A DNA stretch of 64,000 nucleotides from Phycisphaerae bacterium (GCA_963675745.2 CAXXWX010000015.1:1-64000); one strand, 5' to 3'. Shown: positions 52,880 to 63,475, counted from the stretch's first letter. Notes: a model not told the origin generated them from the letters alone. Translations and numbers: made by a program.

Positions 52880-53200
52880 GCGCGGTTTCACAAAACGCGT
52901 CCCGGCCAGCGGTGTGAAGAGACTCACCGCCAGGTGAAGGGACACTGCTTTGGTTAATCCGAGCACCAACGGCCCCGTCTTGAAGAAATCGTGCGGCATC
53001 CGCCAGAACCGCTTGCCGTACTCGTCTTCGTCATGCTCAACGGGGAAGCCGAGTTCTTCCAGCACGTCGAAATCCCGCTGGATGGTACGCTCGCTGACCC
53101 CGAATTCGTCGGCAAGTCGGCGGAGCGGGATGCCCTCGCCCCGAGTCTGGAGTGTCTTAAGCAGGTTCCACTGCCGCAGAATTTGCTCGCCCCGTGCCAT
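52880..53200 (-). pseudogene. WYL-type transcriptional regulator, N-terminal HTH only
   Basis: MARGEQILRQW...LADEFGVSERTIQRDF...LGFP; ends before any WYL domain. Confidence 0.75.
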
Positions 53201-53354
53201 CGGTCAGCCTCCACGTCGGTTGAAATAGCCGTGCTGGGCGCTGATGATAGGCGATGCGCCGGGTTTTTCGAGCCGACTCGGCCGGTCCGACCCCGTTATC
53301 GGGCCGGTCACGCAGCATATCCCTGGCGGCGAACCTTGCACGGCCGGTGGCGTT

Positions 53355-53550
53355 ATGCTCGTGGGCGAAGCCAGGTTGGCGTTTCTCGATGTCGAGACGA
53401 CGGGCCTGGCCGCGGCGATGGGCGACTGGGTCATCGAAATCGGCATCATCGCCTGCCAGGGCGAGCGGGAAAGGGGGCGGCAGTCGCGGCTTGTGAATCC
53501 GGAGCGGCCAATCCCCAACGAAGCCCGGCAGGTTCACGGGATCGCCGCAG
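53355..53550 (+). pseudogene. DEDDh 3'-5' exonuclease fragment
   Basis: FLDVETTGL...VIEIG...LVNPERPI...VHGI (ExoI region); truncated before the att repeat. Confidence 0.8.
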
Positions 53551-53634
53551 ATCGCCGCCAAGCAGGACGCCAAGCCACATTCTCCGAGGCGCGTAAGCGC
53601 TTGTTGCAACAGCGCTTCCAAATCCAGGTTTCGA

Positions 53635-53936
53635 GGTTCGACTCCCCCCGCCTCCAATCATGAAGTGCTTTATTGACAAGCACTTACATCAAGCCGACCC
53701 CCCATTGCGGGAATTATAGCGGGAACTCGATTTCCGGCGGCGGCCGAACAGAAGGCGAACACGCCTGAAATCCGCGGTCTTCCCCAGCCGCCTCTCTCAT
53801 GGGAGCACTCGATTTGCGGCCTACACACCGCGTGGTTTCTCGCAGGGCTCCGGCCCCGCAGGAAGGACGTGGGTGATGGCTTGTCTGACCCGAGAGCAGG
53901 GCCGGTACTGCCGCCTGCACTGGAGGTTCACGGTGA
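53635..53936 (+). mobile_element. att-like repeat copy 2
   Basis: GGTTCGACTCCCCCCGCCTCCA plus the palindrome; direct repeat of 31492-31794. Confidence 0.7.
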
Positions 53937-54107
53937 AGGGGGCAGTACATCGAGTAGGTCCGCAAGCCGCGTTCATGGGCTTGCTGGTCCAACGAGCTTG
54001 TTGGCAGTCCCACATGACGTGGCCGGAGTAGTAACACATATGCTCGGGCTACGTCCTGCATTCGCCAAGACCCTGTCCCGCCGCAAGGCTCGGCACCATA
54101 TGCTTGC

Positions 54108-55649
54108 TTAGGTTCGCTGCGAGTGCACGCGGCGACAGGATCGACAGATCCCGATGAGCGTCAGCATTGCGAGCAGACTGCTCACCAAGGGGCACGCGCC
54201 CGCAATCGGAAGCACGATCGGCGTGTCATCACCGGCAGCCGAGAGGCAGGACAGGTCAAACAAGTACGCCGCACCGCTGTGCGGCACGGGCGAGTTGACA
54301 TCGAGCGCTGAGCCCAGGACGGTCGTGGTCCCGCTGACCGCTACGGCGAAGCCGCTCACCACGCGCGCATCCGCATGGAGTGTACCCAGCACGGCCCGCT
54401 CGCCCCACACGCCATCCGAATCGCGCTGGAACACGTAGCCCCGTGGCCCAGCTACCCCGGCCTCAGTACCGTACGTCCCGACAACAACTGTGTCACCATC
54501 AATTGCCACCACGCCGAAGCCCATGTTGGGGACATCCGCCACATCAGCGGCGATCAGCTTGGCTTCTTCCGTCCATCTGCCGGCCGCATCTCGCGCGAAC
54601 ACATACGCCGAGCCCGCTGTTGCGTTGTCGCCCTGGGCTCCGACGACGGCGGTGTCCCCGCTGATCGCGATGTACACGCCGAAGATGTCGCCATACTCCG
54701 TATCGGCGCCGAGCAGCTTCGCCTGCTGCGCCCAGGTTCCTGCCCCATCGCGCGTAAACACATATACGGGCCCGATGGTCAAGTCGATCACGGATCTGTG
54801 GGGGGCAGAGATGATCGCGGTGTCGCCGCTGATGGCGACCGCCGCCCCAAAGTCCGACGCGACTACGGCGTCGTCGGCGAAGAGCTTATTGCGCTCGGTC
54901 CAAGTCCCGGCGCCGTCTCGTTGGAATACGTACGCGACACCCGTATCGTCGAGCGTCGGCGTATCGCCCCGATGTGCCCCAATGATGACCGTATCGCCAC
55001 TGATCGCAACCGCATTGCCGAAGTGATCGTATCCGGCTGCGTCCGATGCGGTCAGCTTGGCTTGCTGCGTCCACACGCCAGACCGGTCTCGGGAGAAGAT
55101 GTACGCCGAGCCTGTCTGAATGCCCTCCGCCCGGCTTTCCGGCGCGGCGATCACGGCCGTGTCGCCGCTGATCGCGATTCTCCCGCCGAACTCGTCCCCT
55201 TTCGTTCGATCCGACGCGGTCAGCTTGGCCTGCTCGGTCCACATGCCCAAGGCGTCACGCGTGAAGACATACACCGAGCCGTAGCGGCAGCCGTACGGAT
55301 CATTGCAGTCCTGGTCATCGATCGGCTCACTAACCAGCACCGTGTCGCCGCTGATCGCGACCGGCTGGCCGAATCCCTCCCACTCGCCGGCGTCCGCGGC
55401 GATCAGCCGGGCGACCATCTCCGGCTCGCAGTCGGCGTTGGCCGGTAGTGGCCAAACGAAGTTGCTCAGAATGACGAGCGCCGGAATGATGTGTTCCAAG
55501 GCACGTCCCCTCACGACAGGCATCGCCATCGCCAATGGGCCGTTGCTTCGATGGCCGCGCCAGTGAACAGTGTCGGCGCAACTCTGTGCCGGGGCGCTCC
55601 GGGCTTGCGACGTGCTCGTGACGTTGTTGATCGCCGTCCGTCTCATCAT
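54108..55649 (-). CDS. FG-GAP repeat (beta-propeller) surface protein with C-terminal TM anchor
   Basis: Repeated FGxxVAISGDTxxxGA...GxAYVF...WxxxAKL. Confidence 0.88.
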   Translation of the reverse strand: MMRRTAINNVTSTSQARSAPAQSCADTVHWRGHRSNGPLAMAMPVVRGRALEHIIPALVILSNFVWPLPANADCEPEMVARLIAADAGEWEGFGQPVAISGDTVLVSEPIDDQDCNDPYGCRYGSVYVFTRDALGMWTEQAKLTASDRTKGDEFGGRIAISGDTAVIAAPESRAEGIQTGSAYIFSRDRSGVWTQQAKLTASDAAGYDHFGNAVAISGDTVIIGAHRGDTPTLDDTGVAYVFQRDGAGTWTERNKLFADDAVVASDFGAAVAISGDTAIISAPHRSVIDLTIGPVYVFTRDGAGTWAQQAKLLGADTEYGDIFGVYIAISGDTAVVGAQGDNATAGSAYVFARDAAGRWTEEAKLIAADVADVPNMGFGVVAIDGDTVVVGTYGTEAGVAGPRGYVFQRDSDGVWGERAVLGTLHADARVVSGFAVAVSGTTTVLGSALDVNSPVPHSGAAYLFDLSCLSAAGDDTPIVLPIAGACPLVSSLLAMLTLIGICRSCRRVHSQRT

Positions 55650-57319
55650 GCTCTCCTATGACGCGGTTCCCGGCATGACCGACCGAGTCCGATGAGTGTC
55701 AGCGTCAGAATCAGATTGCTCAGGAAGGGACACGCACCGATACCGGGTGGTGCGACGGGCGCGATTCCGGGAAGCCCGCCTCCAGCTCCCGGAGCGTACT
55801 CGTAGGCGCCCATGTCCGCGACGGGTGGACCGCCGGCGCCTGTGTCGGGGGTAGTTACGTCGTCGAAGTAACGTGCGCTGCCGCCGAGGTCGACCGGCGT
55901 GGTCTCAGTCGTATCGCCATCAGCATCGAGATCCGCTACGTCAGCGGGAACCAGTTCATTGTTGCCGGCGTCAATGGCCGGCGAGCCAGCCTTGAGGCGG
56001 AAGTCGTTGTCCGCCCAGGAGCTCAAGTCATTGTCCGCGCCGTCAGGGTCCACAAACAGCGGGTCAACGTCGATGTTGACGCCCTCCCAGCCGCCTTGAA
56101 TATCACAGTAGTTGACAATCGGGCGACCGGACGAAACGGAAATCTCGTCCGGCGTATCGCCCCACAGGATGCAGTTGTTCAGCGTCGGCTCACTCTCCCA
56201 GCAAGACAGTCCACCCGCACGATCGGCAGAGTTTCTACTGAGCGTGCAATTAGTCAGAATGGCATCGCAATACGAGAGCGCCATGCCACCGGCATAGTCC
56301 GCGGAGTTTCCAACGATCGCGCAGTTGGTGGCCGTCAGGCCGCCAATCAAACAACCAACGCCGCCACCGTCAAACGCGTGGTTGCCGCCAATGTAGCAGT
56401 TTGCGAGCGTCGGGTGGCTGTTGTTCGAGTACACGCCGCCCCCACCGCTGACACCCTCGTTCCCACTGACAACGCAGTCGATCAATGCGGCATCGCTGTA
56501 AGTGCAGCACACGCCGCCGCCCAGACCGATTGCAGTGTTTCCGACGATGCGGCATTGGGTGAGGAGTGGCCGCTCGCTCCCGACTGTCGCGCAGTAGACG
56601 CCGCCGCCCCTGTGGTCGGCGGCGTTCTCCGTAACATCACAATTCTTCAGCGTCGCACCATCACCCAAGTACAGGCCGCCTCCAAGACCCAGCACCAGAA
56701 CCTGCGAAGAGGGCGATTTGGCCATATTGCCTCGAATCGTGCAGTCGACGAAACTCGGACAGCCACTACCACAGTACACGCCGCCGCCATTCTGCGCTGA
56801 GTTCCCGGAGATGACGCACTGGCCTAGCGTCGGGCTGCTGCTCGCGAGATACACTCCGCCGCCCTGATTAGCGGCGTTGACGCTGCTGCGGGCATCGCCC
56901 TTCGTGATCGTCACTCCGAACACGACGCTGTCGGCGCCTTCTCCCGAGTGGAAGTAGAACCCCCGGCCGGCTCCCTGGCAGTCGATGATGCACTGGCCCG
57001 GGTCGCCGCTCGCGCTGCGCACTGTGATTGGCTTGCCGGCGAAGTCCAGGTCCTTGTTGCCGAGGCCGGTGTACGTGCCGTCGGCCAACTCGACAGTGTC
57101 ACCTGCGACGGCCGCGTCGATCGCTTCCTGAATCGCATCGAACGGGTGGGCCGCCGTGCCGTTTTCGGCCGGATCGCTGACGGCCGGATCGCCGGGGGCT
57201 GGATCAGCAGGCGCATTGTCATCGACGTAAACCGTGCCGGCCATGGCTGTCGAAGCCAGCAGCACAATCGTCGTCAGCCATGTTCCGAACACAGTCACAC
57301 GCACGACTCGTGTCATCAT
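55646..57319 (-). CDS. Right-handed parallel beta-helix surface protein with C-terminal TM anchor
   Basis: Signal peptide; IQEAIDAA...GTYTG; GGGVYC repeats; DMGAYE. Confidence 0.88.
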   Translation of the reverse strand: MMTRVVRVTVFGTWLTTIVLLASTAMAGTVYVDDNAPADPAPGDPAVSDPAENGTAAHPFDAIQEAIDAAVAGDTVELADGTYTGLGNKDLDFAGKPITVRSASGDPGQCIIDCQGAGRGFYFHSGEGADSVVFGVTITKGDARSSVNAANQGGGVYLASSSPTLGQCVISGNSAQNGGGVYCGSGCPSFVDCTIRGNMAKSPSSQVLVLGLGGGLYLGDGATLKNCDVTENAADHRGGGVYCATVGSERPLLTQCRIVGNTAIGLGGGVCCTYSDAALIDCVVSGNEGVSGGGGVYSNNSHPTLANCYIGGNHAFDGGGVGCLIGGLTATNCAIVGNSADYAGGMALSYCDAILTNCTLSRNSADRAGGLSCWESEPTLNNCILWGDTPDEISVSSGRPIVNYCDIQGGWEGVNIDVDPLFVDPDGADNDLSSWADNDFRLKAGSPAIDAGNNELVPADVADLDADGDTTETTPVDLGGSARYFDDVTTPDTGAGGPPVADMGAYEYAPGAGGGLPGIAPVAPPGIGACPFLSNLILTLTLIGLGRSCREPRHRRA

Positions 57320-57380
57320 GTCGTCTTCTCCGCTGTGAGACCTGACAACGTCGCGGACGGTGTCAGCTTCCTTGATATAC

Positions 57381-57815
57381 TCACTCCGCCGAAGGGGGAG
57401 GTGGTGTCCCTTCCCGGTAGTAACAGGTCTCCCCTGACCCCCAACTGTCAAGGACCATGTAGTCGCCATCCATCCGAAGCGAGTAAGTAGTGTGGATTAC
57501 ACCGTTGCTGTCACCGACAAACAGTATGTCGCAATAGCTGTTATCGGGAGCATAACCAAGACCCCAGATACCCACCTCAGATGCAGAAAACCCCTCATAT
57601 GTAGAGCTATATACATAATCGGCGCTCAGCGTGATCTTCTCGGCGGGCAGCCCTTCAATGGGCGGAACTCCCACCCAGGTGCCGATCAGTGTCTGCTCAA
57701 GGGCTTTGCAGCTAGGTGGTGGCGGCGTATATCCCGTGCCACATCCGGCTGGCAGCATGCCCACAACAACCGCCAGAACACGCCAGCAACCACGCCGTTG
57801 CATTCGAGTTGTCAT
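57381..57815 (-). CDS. Putative lipoprotein
   Basis: LPAGC lipobox after a hydrophobic stretch; LIGTW motif. Confidence 0.65.
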   Translation of the reverse strand: MTTRMQRRGCWRVLAVVVGMLPAGCGTGYTPPPPSCKALEQTLIGTWVGVPPIEGLPAEKITLSADYVYSSTYEGFSASEVGIWGLGYAPDNSYCDILFVGDSNGVIHTTYSLRMDGDYMVLDSWGSGETCYYREGTPPPPSAE

Positions 57816-58033
57816 TCAGAGTTTCCCTTCTTTCAGCGCGTATTCTCCGCAGCGCGCATCAGATCGCGCGGGCCGTTGCAACAGAACATCGCAGCAGTTT
57901 GTGAAAGCCCGTTGAGAACGTAGCGGCCGACCCCGAGTCGGCCGTTCCACGGCAATTGCGACCAGAAGCCGATGTCCGGTTCGCGGGCCGACCGCTTCGT
58001 CAAGTCTTCAACGGCCTGCCAGGATCGCTGTCA

Positions 58034-60313
58034 CTACCACGAACCTTCGATTCTGACATCATCAATGTACCAGCCCGCAAGAGCGTCACTGGTGCTGTCA
58101 CCATTCAGCCGGAACCCAATCTGAATTTCCTTCCCGGAGTAGGCAGACAGATCCACCGTGAGGGCGGGAGACCACACACCAGAAACCAAGGTGTAGGCGT
58201 CAAAGCTCGTCCAACCCGCCCACTCCCCGGCGCAGGTTCGTTCTCGAATCTGTACTGTGCCGGAATCGTAGTACCGGTGCCCGTTCCACGTCGTGTAATC
58301 ATCAAATGCAAACCAGTGCCAGAAGTGCAAGTGGATCTTGTCGTCTGGGCGGATTACCGGGAGCTGGATTGCGCGACTTACCAAGCGACTATCGTTCTGG
58401 GCGTATTTCCCTGCCAATACCGTCGCCGCCACTTGCACGCCCGAATAGGCCCGCTCGCCCGAATTGGGGTCTTTCGGCGGCCCGTAGGTTGGCCGGCCGA
58501 CTTGCCAGTTACCACCGTCAACGGACCAGTCTCCAAAGCCCTCCTCAAAGTCGTCGAAGAAGATGAGTGAGTTGCAGTCCGGCGGGCAGATCTCGACACA
58601 CTCGCCGCAGATGCAGATTTCGTTCTCGCCGCAGACGATCGGCGTGTTGACACAGCCCAGGTTGGGGTCACATGTGTCCTCCGTACACGGATCGCCATCG
58701 TCGCAATCCACCGGCTCGTGCGAGCATATGCCGGTCGCGGGGTCACACTCATCAACTGTGCACGCATCGCCGTCGTCGCAGTCGTTGTATTCCGGGCACG
58801 TCAGGCATAGATCATTCTCTTCGTCACAGGGCACGCCGTCCGGGCATGGTGGGGTGCCCGGCGCGCATTCACCGTTGACACACGTTTCTTCACCATTGCA
58901 GTACAGCCCGTCGTTGCACAGGGAATCCTGGCACATAACGGAGACGGTCACGGTGTCGGCGCCGCGTGCGGCCGCCGAGTCTTCCACGAGCAACTTGAAC
59001 GTGTAATCGCCCGCCTCTGACAGCGACACGAGCGCCGTCTGGTTGGTGGCATCTACAATTTGCACGGCGGGACCGCCCGTCTGTGACCAGCGGAAGGCGT
59101 ACGGCAATAGTCCGCCGGCCGCCTGGCCCTGCAGTTGGATCGTTGTCCCCGGCAAAGCCTCGGCTGGTGCGCTGGCATCTGCGGTCAGCCCGCTGACCGC
59201 CTTGTAGATCACGCTATCCGACGCTTCGCCTTCGATGTCATCCGTGGCGGTGAGCGTGAACTCGTACTCGCCGGTTTCGGCGGGCACAAAGCTGGCGATG
59301 CGGCTATCGGAATCCATGACTTCTACACCGTGGCCGGAAACCTCGGTCCATTCGAACGTGGCCTGCCCCGATCCACCGGCGGCGAGCCCGCGCAGTTGAA
59401 CCTCTTCGCCCACCTGGACGACGCCCGATTCGCCGGCGTCCACCGTGAAGGTGTCAACCACCAGCGTCGTGACCAAATCGACATCGATCACGCCGGTTGC
59501 GTCCACCGCCTCGAGTTTCATGACATACGTGCCGACGGCCGGCGGCACAAACGTGGTGCTTGCCGACGCGGGATCCGCAATGCTCGCGGACGGCCCGGAG
59601 ACCTGACTCCACGCGATAGTGGTCACTCCCGTTGCACCGGTCAAGGTGGCGCTCAGCGCTACCGTGTCGCCGACTCCGGCCATGCCATCCTCCCCGGCCG
59701 AGGCGGCGAAGAACGCGGCGGGTACATCGGTGATATCGCCCGTTCGTTTGTTGTCGTCCTCGGCAAGGAACTGAAGATCAAACCCATCGGTGAGCACGCC
59801 GGGCTCTTCTCGTACGACCGTGACCAGAATCGCGCCCTCCGCTGTGCGGTCATCGGAACCGACATCGAGGACGAAGTGACCGGAGTATCCTGGCAGGCCG
59901 ACACGCAGTTGTGCCACATCGGACACCTTGTGGCTGTCATCGACCTCCGCAACTTCGACATCGAAGCTTTCGGATGAGTTCGACGTAACAGTGGGCGGGA
60001 CAATCGTAGGCCCGCCCGTGGACTTGGTGGCGAGCAGCTTGGCCGTAGCGGATTCATCAAGCGGAGCGTCGACCCAGGTCGCCCCCACAACGTTGATGGC
60101 TCCGTCAAGGCGTGGTAGATCGTCGCCCGACGAATTCGGGTCACCCGGCCAATTCGGGTCGCCCGGCGCATTCGCGTCGCCCGGTGAATTCGGCTCACCC
60201 GGCGAGTTCGGGTCGCTCGGTGAATTCGGCTCGCCCGGGGCGCCAGGCGGCGGACACCCGTGCAGCAGCAGGCACATTACAGCCAGAACTCCTAACAAGC
60301 ATTTGCAGCGCAT
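58034..60313 (-). CDS. Lipoprotein with PKD-like domains, Cys-rich repeats and a C-terminal jelly-roll domain
   Basis: LLHGC lipobox; WSQVSGP PKD motifs; CDDGDACTVD repeats; FFDDFE...GWYIDDV. Confidence 0.85.
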   Translation of the reverse strand: MRCKCLLGVLAVMCLLLHGCPPPGAPGEPNSPSDPNSPGEPNSPGDANAPGDPNWPGDPNSSGDDLPRLDGAINVVGATWVDAPLDESATAKLLATKSTGGPTIVPPTVTSNSSESFDVEVAEVDDSHKVSDVAQLRVGLPGYSGHFVLDVGSDDRTAEGAILVTVVREEPGVLTDGFDLQFLAEDDNKRTGDITDVPAAFFAASAGEDGMAGVGDTVALSATLTGATGVTTIAWSQVSGPSASIADPASASTTFVPPAVGTYVMKLEAVDATGVIDVDLVTTLVVDTFTVDAGESGVVQVGEEVQLRGLAAGGSGQATFEWTEVSGHGVEVMDSDSRIASFVPAETGEYEFTLTATDDIEGEASDSVIYKAVSGLTADASAPAEALPGTTIQLQGQAAGGLLPYAFRWSQTGGPAVQIVDATNQTALVSLSEAGDYTFKLLVEDSAAARGADTVTVSVMCQDSLCNDGLYCNGEETCVNGECAPGTPPCPDGVPCDEENDLCLTCPEYNDCDDGDACTVDECDPATGICSHEPVDCDDGDPCTEDTCDPNLGCVNTPIVCGENEICICGECVEICPPDCNSLIFFDDFEEGFGDWSVDGGNWQVGRPTYGPPKDPNSGERAYSGVQVAATVLAGKYAQNDSRLVSRAIQLPVIRPDDKIHLHFWHWFAFDDYTTWNGHRYYDSGTVQIRERTCAGEWAGWTSFDAYTLVSGVWSPALTVDLSAYSGKEIQIGFRLNGDSTSDALAGWYIDDVRIEGSW
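60128..60235 (-). repeat. Six 18-bp tandem units encoding G[DE][PA]NxP
   Basis: GEPNSP SDPNSP GEPNSP GDANAP GDPNWP GDPNSS. Confidence 0.9.
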
Positions 60314-60384
60314 TGTAGTTACTCCCCTAGCTGATTCACCATAATGCGACAGGCGCTTCACTCACGTAGCCCCAGTCACCAACC

Positions 60385-62877
60385 TCACTCACTTCGCCAT
60401 TTGGCCCACAGATACTCGTTGTAGTAAATGCAATCAGCGGATTCGCACTCCGCGATGCACTTCTGAAACTCACGCTGCGCACTCTCTTGCTCTCCCCGGC
60501 GCAAGAAGGCCTCGCCCGCGAAGTAATGCGCTTCACAAAGGTCACCCCCGGGCTCACCGGCCGCCGTAATCAACTGCTCCGGCGGCAGCTCCAGCAACAG
60601 GCAGCGCACCAGCTTTCCCTCCCACGTGTCCGGTGCGGCTTTCTGCTTGCCCAGCTCTAGACACTCCTCGGCGTTATCGTCTTCGCCTATGTCCAGGTAG
60701 GCAAGCGCCAGGGCGAGATCACAATACAAATTGTCCGGCGCCTCAGTCACGGCTTCACGGAATCGCCCGATCGCCTCCTCCGACGCGCCTAACAGACGCA
60801 ACGTGACGCCATAGTTGAAATACGTACGCCACGCGTCAGGCACAGATTCGGAGAGCCGCTCGGGCCCCGCAGATATGGCCACCGCGTAGTCGTTGAGCGC
60901 CAGGAAGTACCGCCCTGCATCGAAGTACGCGTGTCCGCGGTTGGAGTGGGCTCTGATGAAGTCCGGCTTGATGTGGATGGCCTTGGAATACGCGTCGATC
61001 GCCGCCTGAAAGTCAGCGGCGGCATGGGTTGACCGGGCTTTGAGATAACAGGTGTTGCCGATCCCTTCATGCGCGATCGCCGCCTGGCCCGAATCTAGAA
61101 CAATGGATCGCTGGAAGTCCTGTCTGGCCGACTCCAGCAAGGCGAACTCGTGGATTCCACTCGAACTCAGGATCTGACTATATCGCTTGACCCGCAGGTA
61201 GCCACGGTACGCGGTCAGGAAAGCGTCATCCGGCGTGCCGCCAAGCTGCTCGGTGATATACGCGCCGGCGCCCTCGTAATCCCCGTTGGCAGTATAAGCA
61301 TCCAGCGTGGTCGCCTGGCCTTTCCTGCGTTCAAGTGCGCGCTCGCGATCAAGCAATCGATGAACACGATCCGCCGACGATGGCGAGCCGTCGGCGGCCT
61401 CGTCTGATTCAAGCTCTGCGAGTATCGGCGCCCCGGGCCCCCGCGGCAGCTTCTCGCGGACGGCCAGGGAACTTGCGTTAATGGCTCGCTCCAGCTCCTC
61501 AATCCGCTGCTGTTGCTTCGCCATATGACGCCAGCTCGCCGCGGAGTAGATGAACGCCGTCAGGATGACCAGCGTCAGGGCGGCGCCGACGGCGATGGGC
61601 GTCCGGTATCGCCTGAGCGTCTTGCTGAGCACATAGAACGCACTGTCCCGCTTGGCCTCGATGGGCTGACCGGCCAGATAGCGCCCGACATCCAGGGCCA
61701 TCTCGCCGGCGGATTGATACCGCCGCTCGCGTTCCTTCGAGAGCGCCTTCAGTATCAGCGTCTGCACCTCGTCGTCGATCGGACACTGCCCGGCGCGCAG
61801 CCTCTTCGAGGTCCGCTGCGTGATCCCCGAGCTCGGCTTCCAACTGCGGCTGGGCGGAGTCGGCGGCGTGTCCGTGATGTGCTTGAGAACCTCGATGACG
61901 TTCCCAACAACCGGGTAGGGGTAATGTCCGGTCAGCAGTTCGTACAGGATCACACCCAGCGCGTATATGTCCGTTCGCGTGTCGATCTCGTCTGGATTGC
62001 CTCGGGCCTGCTCGGGGCTCATGTACGGCAGCGTGCCGATGACTTGCTCGCTCAGCGACACAACCGTGTCGATTGGCCCGGCCGCCCATTTCGCCAGTCC
62101 GAAGTCGAGAATCTTCGGGACTCCGTCGCTGTCAACGAGGATATTGCCGGGCTTCAGGTCGCGGTGAATCACGCCCTTGTGGTGCGCGTATTGCACCGCA
62201 TCGCAGACTGACGAGAACAGACTCAGCGTTTTTTCCAACGGGAGCTTCTCATCCCTGACGTACTGGTGCAGCGGAGTCCCCCGCACATAGTCCATCACGT
62301 AGAAGCGCCGGCCGTCAGGTGTCGTGCCGGAGTGGAAGATCCCGATGATGTTCGGGTGTCGCAACTGGCCGACCAGCTCGATCTCACGCTCGAAGCGCCT
62401 TTCGGCCGCCATGGAGGCGTGGGGACCGTCCAGCAGGATTTTGATCGCCACCTTGCGCTTCGTGGATTGCTGGAGCGCCTGATAGACCACTCCCTGACCA
62501 CCATGGTCCAGCTTGCGGATCGTGCGATAGCCGGGGAACTGCGGCAGGGAGCCGGCGGCGCGAGCCGGCCGGTCCGTTGCGGCGGGTGCGTCGTCGTTAG
62601 GATCGGCCGCCTGTGCCACGCCGCTGCCGTCGCCCACTTCGTCAATCCGCGCGGGTGTGTGCGCCGCTGTCTCACCCGCCGCCGCCCGGCCGGCCACTGG
62701 CGACTTCAGAAAGCCGTCCTCAACACGGCTGTCGTGCTGCAGGAGCGAGAGGATCTCGGCGCACAGTTCCTCGTCGCCGCCGCAGGCCTCGTTAAGAAGG
62801 GCAGCGCGCTCCGCCGGTGGGAGCTGGATCGCCCGCCCGAAGATGTCGTAGGCGCGTTGCGCTTTCTTGCTAGCCAT
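60385..62877 (-). CDS. Ser/Thr protein kinase with TM helix and TPR repeats
   Basis: GGQGVVY, VAIK, HRDLKPGN, DFGLAK and GTLPYMSPEQ; overlaps the ECF stop codon. Confidence 0.95.
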   Translation of the reverse strand: MASKKAQRAYDIFGRAIQLPPAERAALLNEACGGDEELCAEILSLLQHDSRVEDGFLKSPVAGRAAAGETAAHTPARIDEVGDGSGVAQAADPNDDAPAATDRPARAAGSLPQFPGYRTIRKLDHGGQGVVYQALQQSTKRKVAIKILLDGPHASMAAERRFEREIELVGQLRHPNIIGIFHSGTTPDGRRFYVMDYVRGTPLHQYVRDEKLPLEKTLSLFSSVCDAVQYAHHKGVIHRDLKPGNILVDSDGVPKILDFGLAKWAAGPIDTVVSLSEQVIGTLPYMSPEQARGNPDEIDTRTDIYALGVILYELLTGHYPYPVVGNVIEVLKHITDTPPTPPSRSWKPSSGITQRTSKRLRAGQCPIDDEVQTLILKALSKERERRYQSAGEMALDVGRYLAGQPIEAKRDSAFYVLSKTLRRYRTPIAVGAALTLVILTAFIYSAASWRHMAKQQQRIEELERAINASSLAVREKLPRGPGAPILAELESDEAADGSPSSADRVHRLLDRERALERRKGQATTLDAYTANGDYEGAGAYITEQLGGTPDDAFLTAYRGYLRVKRYSQILSSSGIHEFALLESARQDFQRSIVLDSGQAAIAHEGIGNTCYLKARSTHAAADFQAAIDAYSKAIHIKPDFIRAHSNRGHAYFDAGRYFLALNDYAVAISAGPERLSESVPDAWRTYFNYGVTLRLLGASEEAIGRFREAVTEAPDNLYCDLALALAYLDIGEDDNAEECLELGKQKAAPDTWEGKLVRCLLLELPPEQLITAAGEPGGDLCEAHYFAGEAFLRRGEQESAQREFQKCIAECESADCIYYNEYLWAKWRSE

Positions 62878-63475
62878 CGCCTGCCAGGCCATCATGCGTT
62901 CTCGTGTCACCTTTGCTCAACTCGCGGCGGATCCACGCCCGGGCGAAACGCCAGCCGGTGTCCACGGTTCCCGAGGACACGTCGAGTGCGGCCGCCGTCT
63001 CCTTGACGCTCAGTCCGGCGAAGTACCTCAAGTGCACGATCTCCGCGCGGGCCGGGTCGTCCTGCTCCAGCTTCCTGAGCGCCTCGTCGACCGCCAGCAC
63101 CTCAAACACGTCATAGCCGGCGCCGGGCAGTTCAGCCGGAAGCGGCTCGGGCGTTTTTCCCGCGCCGCGTTTCAGCCGTCCTCTAGTACGTGCGTCATCC
63201 ACGAGGATTTGCCGCATGGCTTTTGCCGCCGCACCCCAGAAATGGCGCCGGCTGGACCACTCGATGTCCCCCTTGCCGACGAGCTTCATATAGGCCTCGT
63301 CGATCAGTGACGTCGGTTGCAGCCGGCAACCGGCGCCTTCGTTGGCCAGTTGCGCCCGCGCCAGCCGCCTCATCTCGTCGATGACTGCTGACCACACTCG
63401 GTTGCGCGCTGCGTCGTCCCCCTGCGCAGCGGCGTTCAGTAGCTGAGTTATAGGACCGTCCGTGCCGCCCGCCAC
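62870..63475 (-). CDS. Planctomycete ECF sigma factor (kinase-associated type)
   Basis: ITQLL...LQPTSLIDEAYMKL...RRHFWGAAAKAMRQILVD...LRYFAGLS...WRFARAW. Confidence 0.93.
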   Translation of the reverse strand: MAGGTDGPITQLLNAAAQGDDAARNRVWSAVIDEMRRLARAQLANEGAGCRLQPTSLIDEAYMKLVGKGDIEWSSRRHFWGAAAKAMRQILVDDARTRGRLKRGAGKTPEPLPAELPGAGYDVFEVLAVDEALRKLEQDDPARAEIVHLRYFAGLSVKETAAALDVSSGTVDTGWRFARAWIRRELSKGDTRTHDGLAGDG

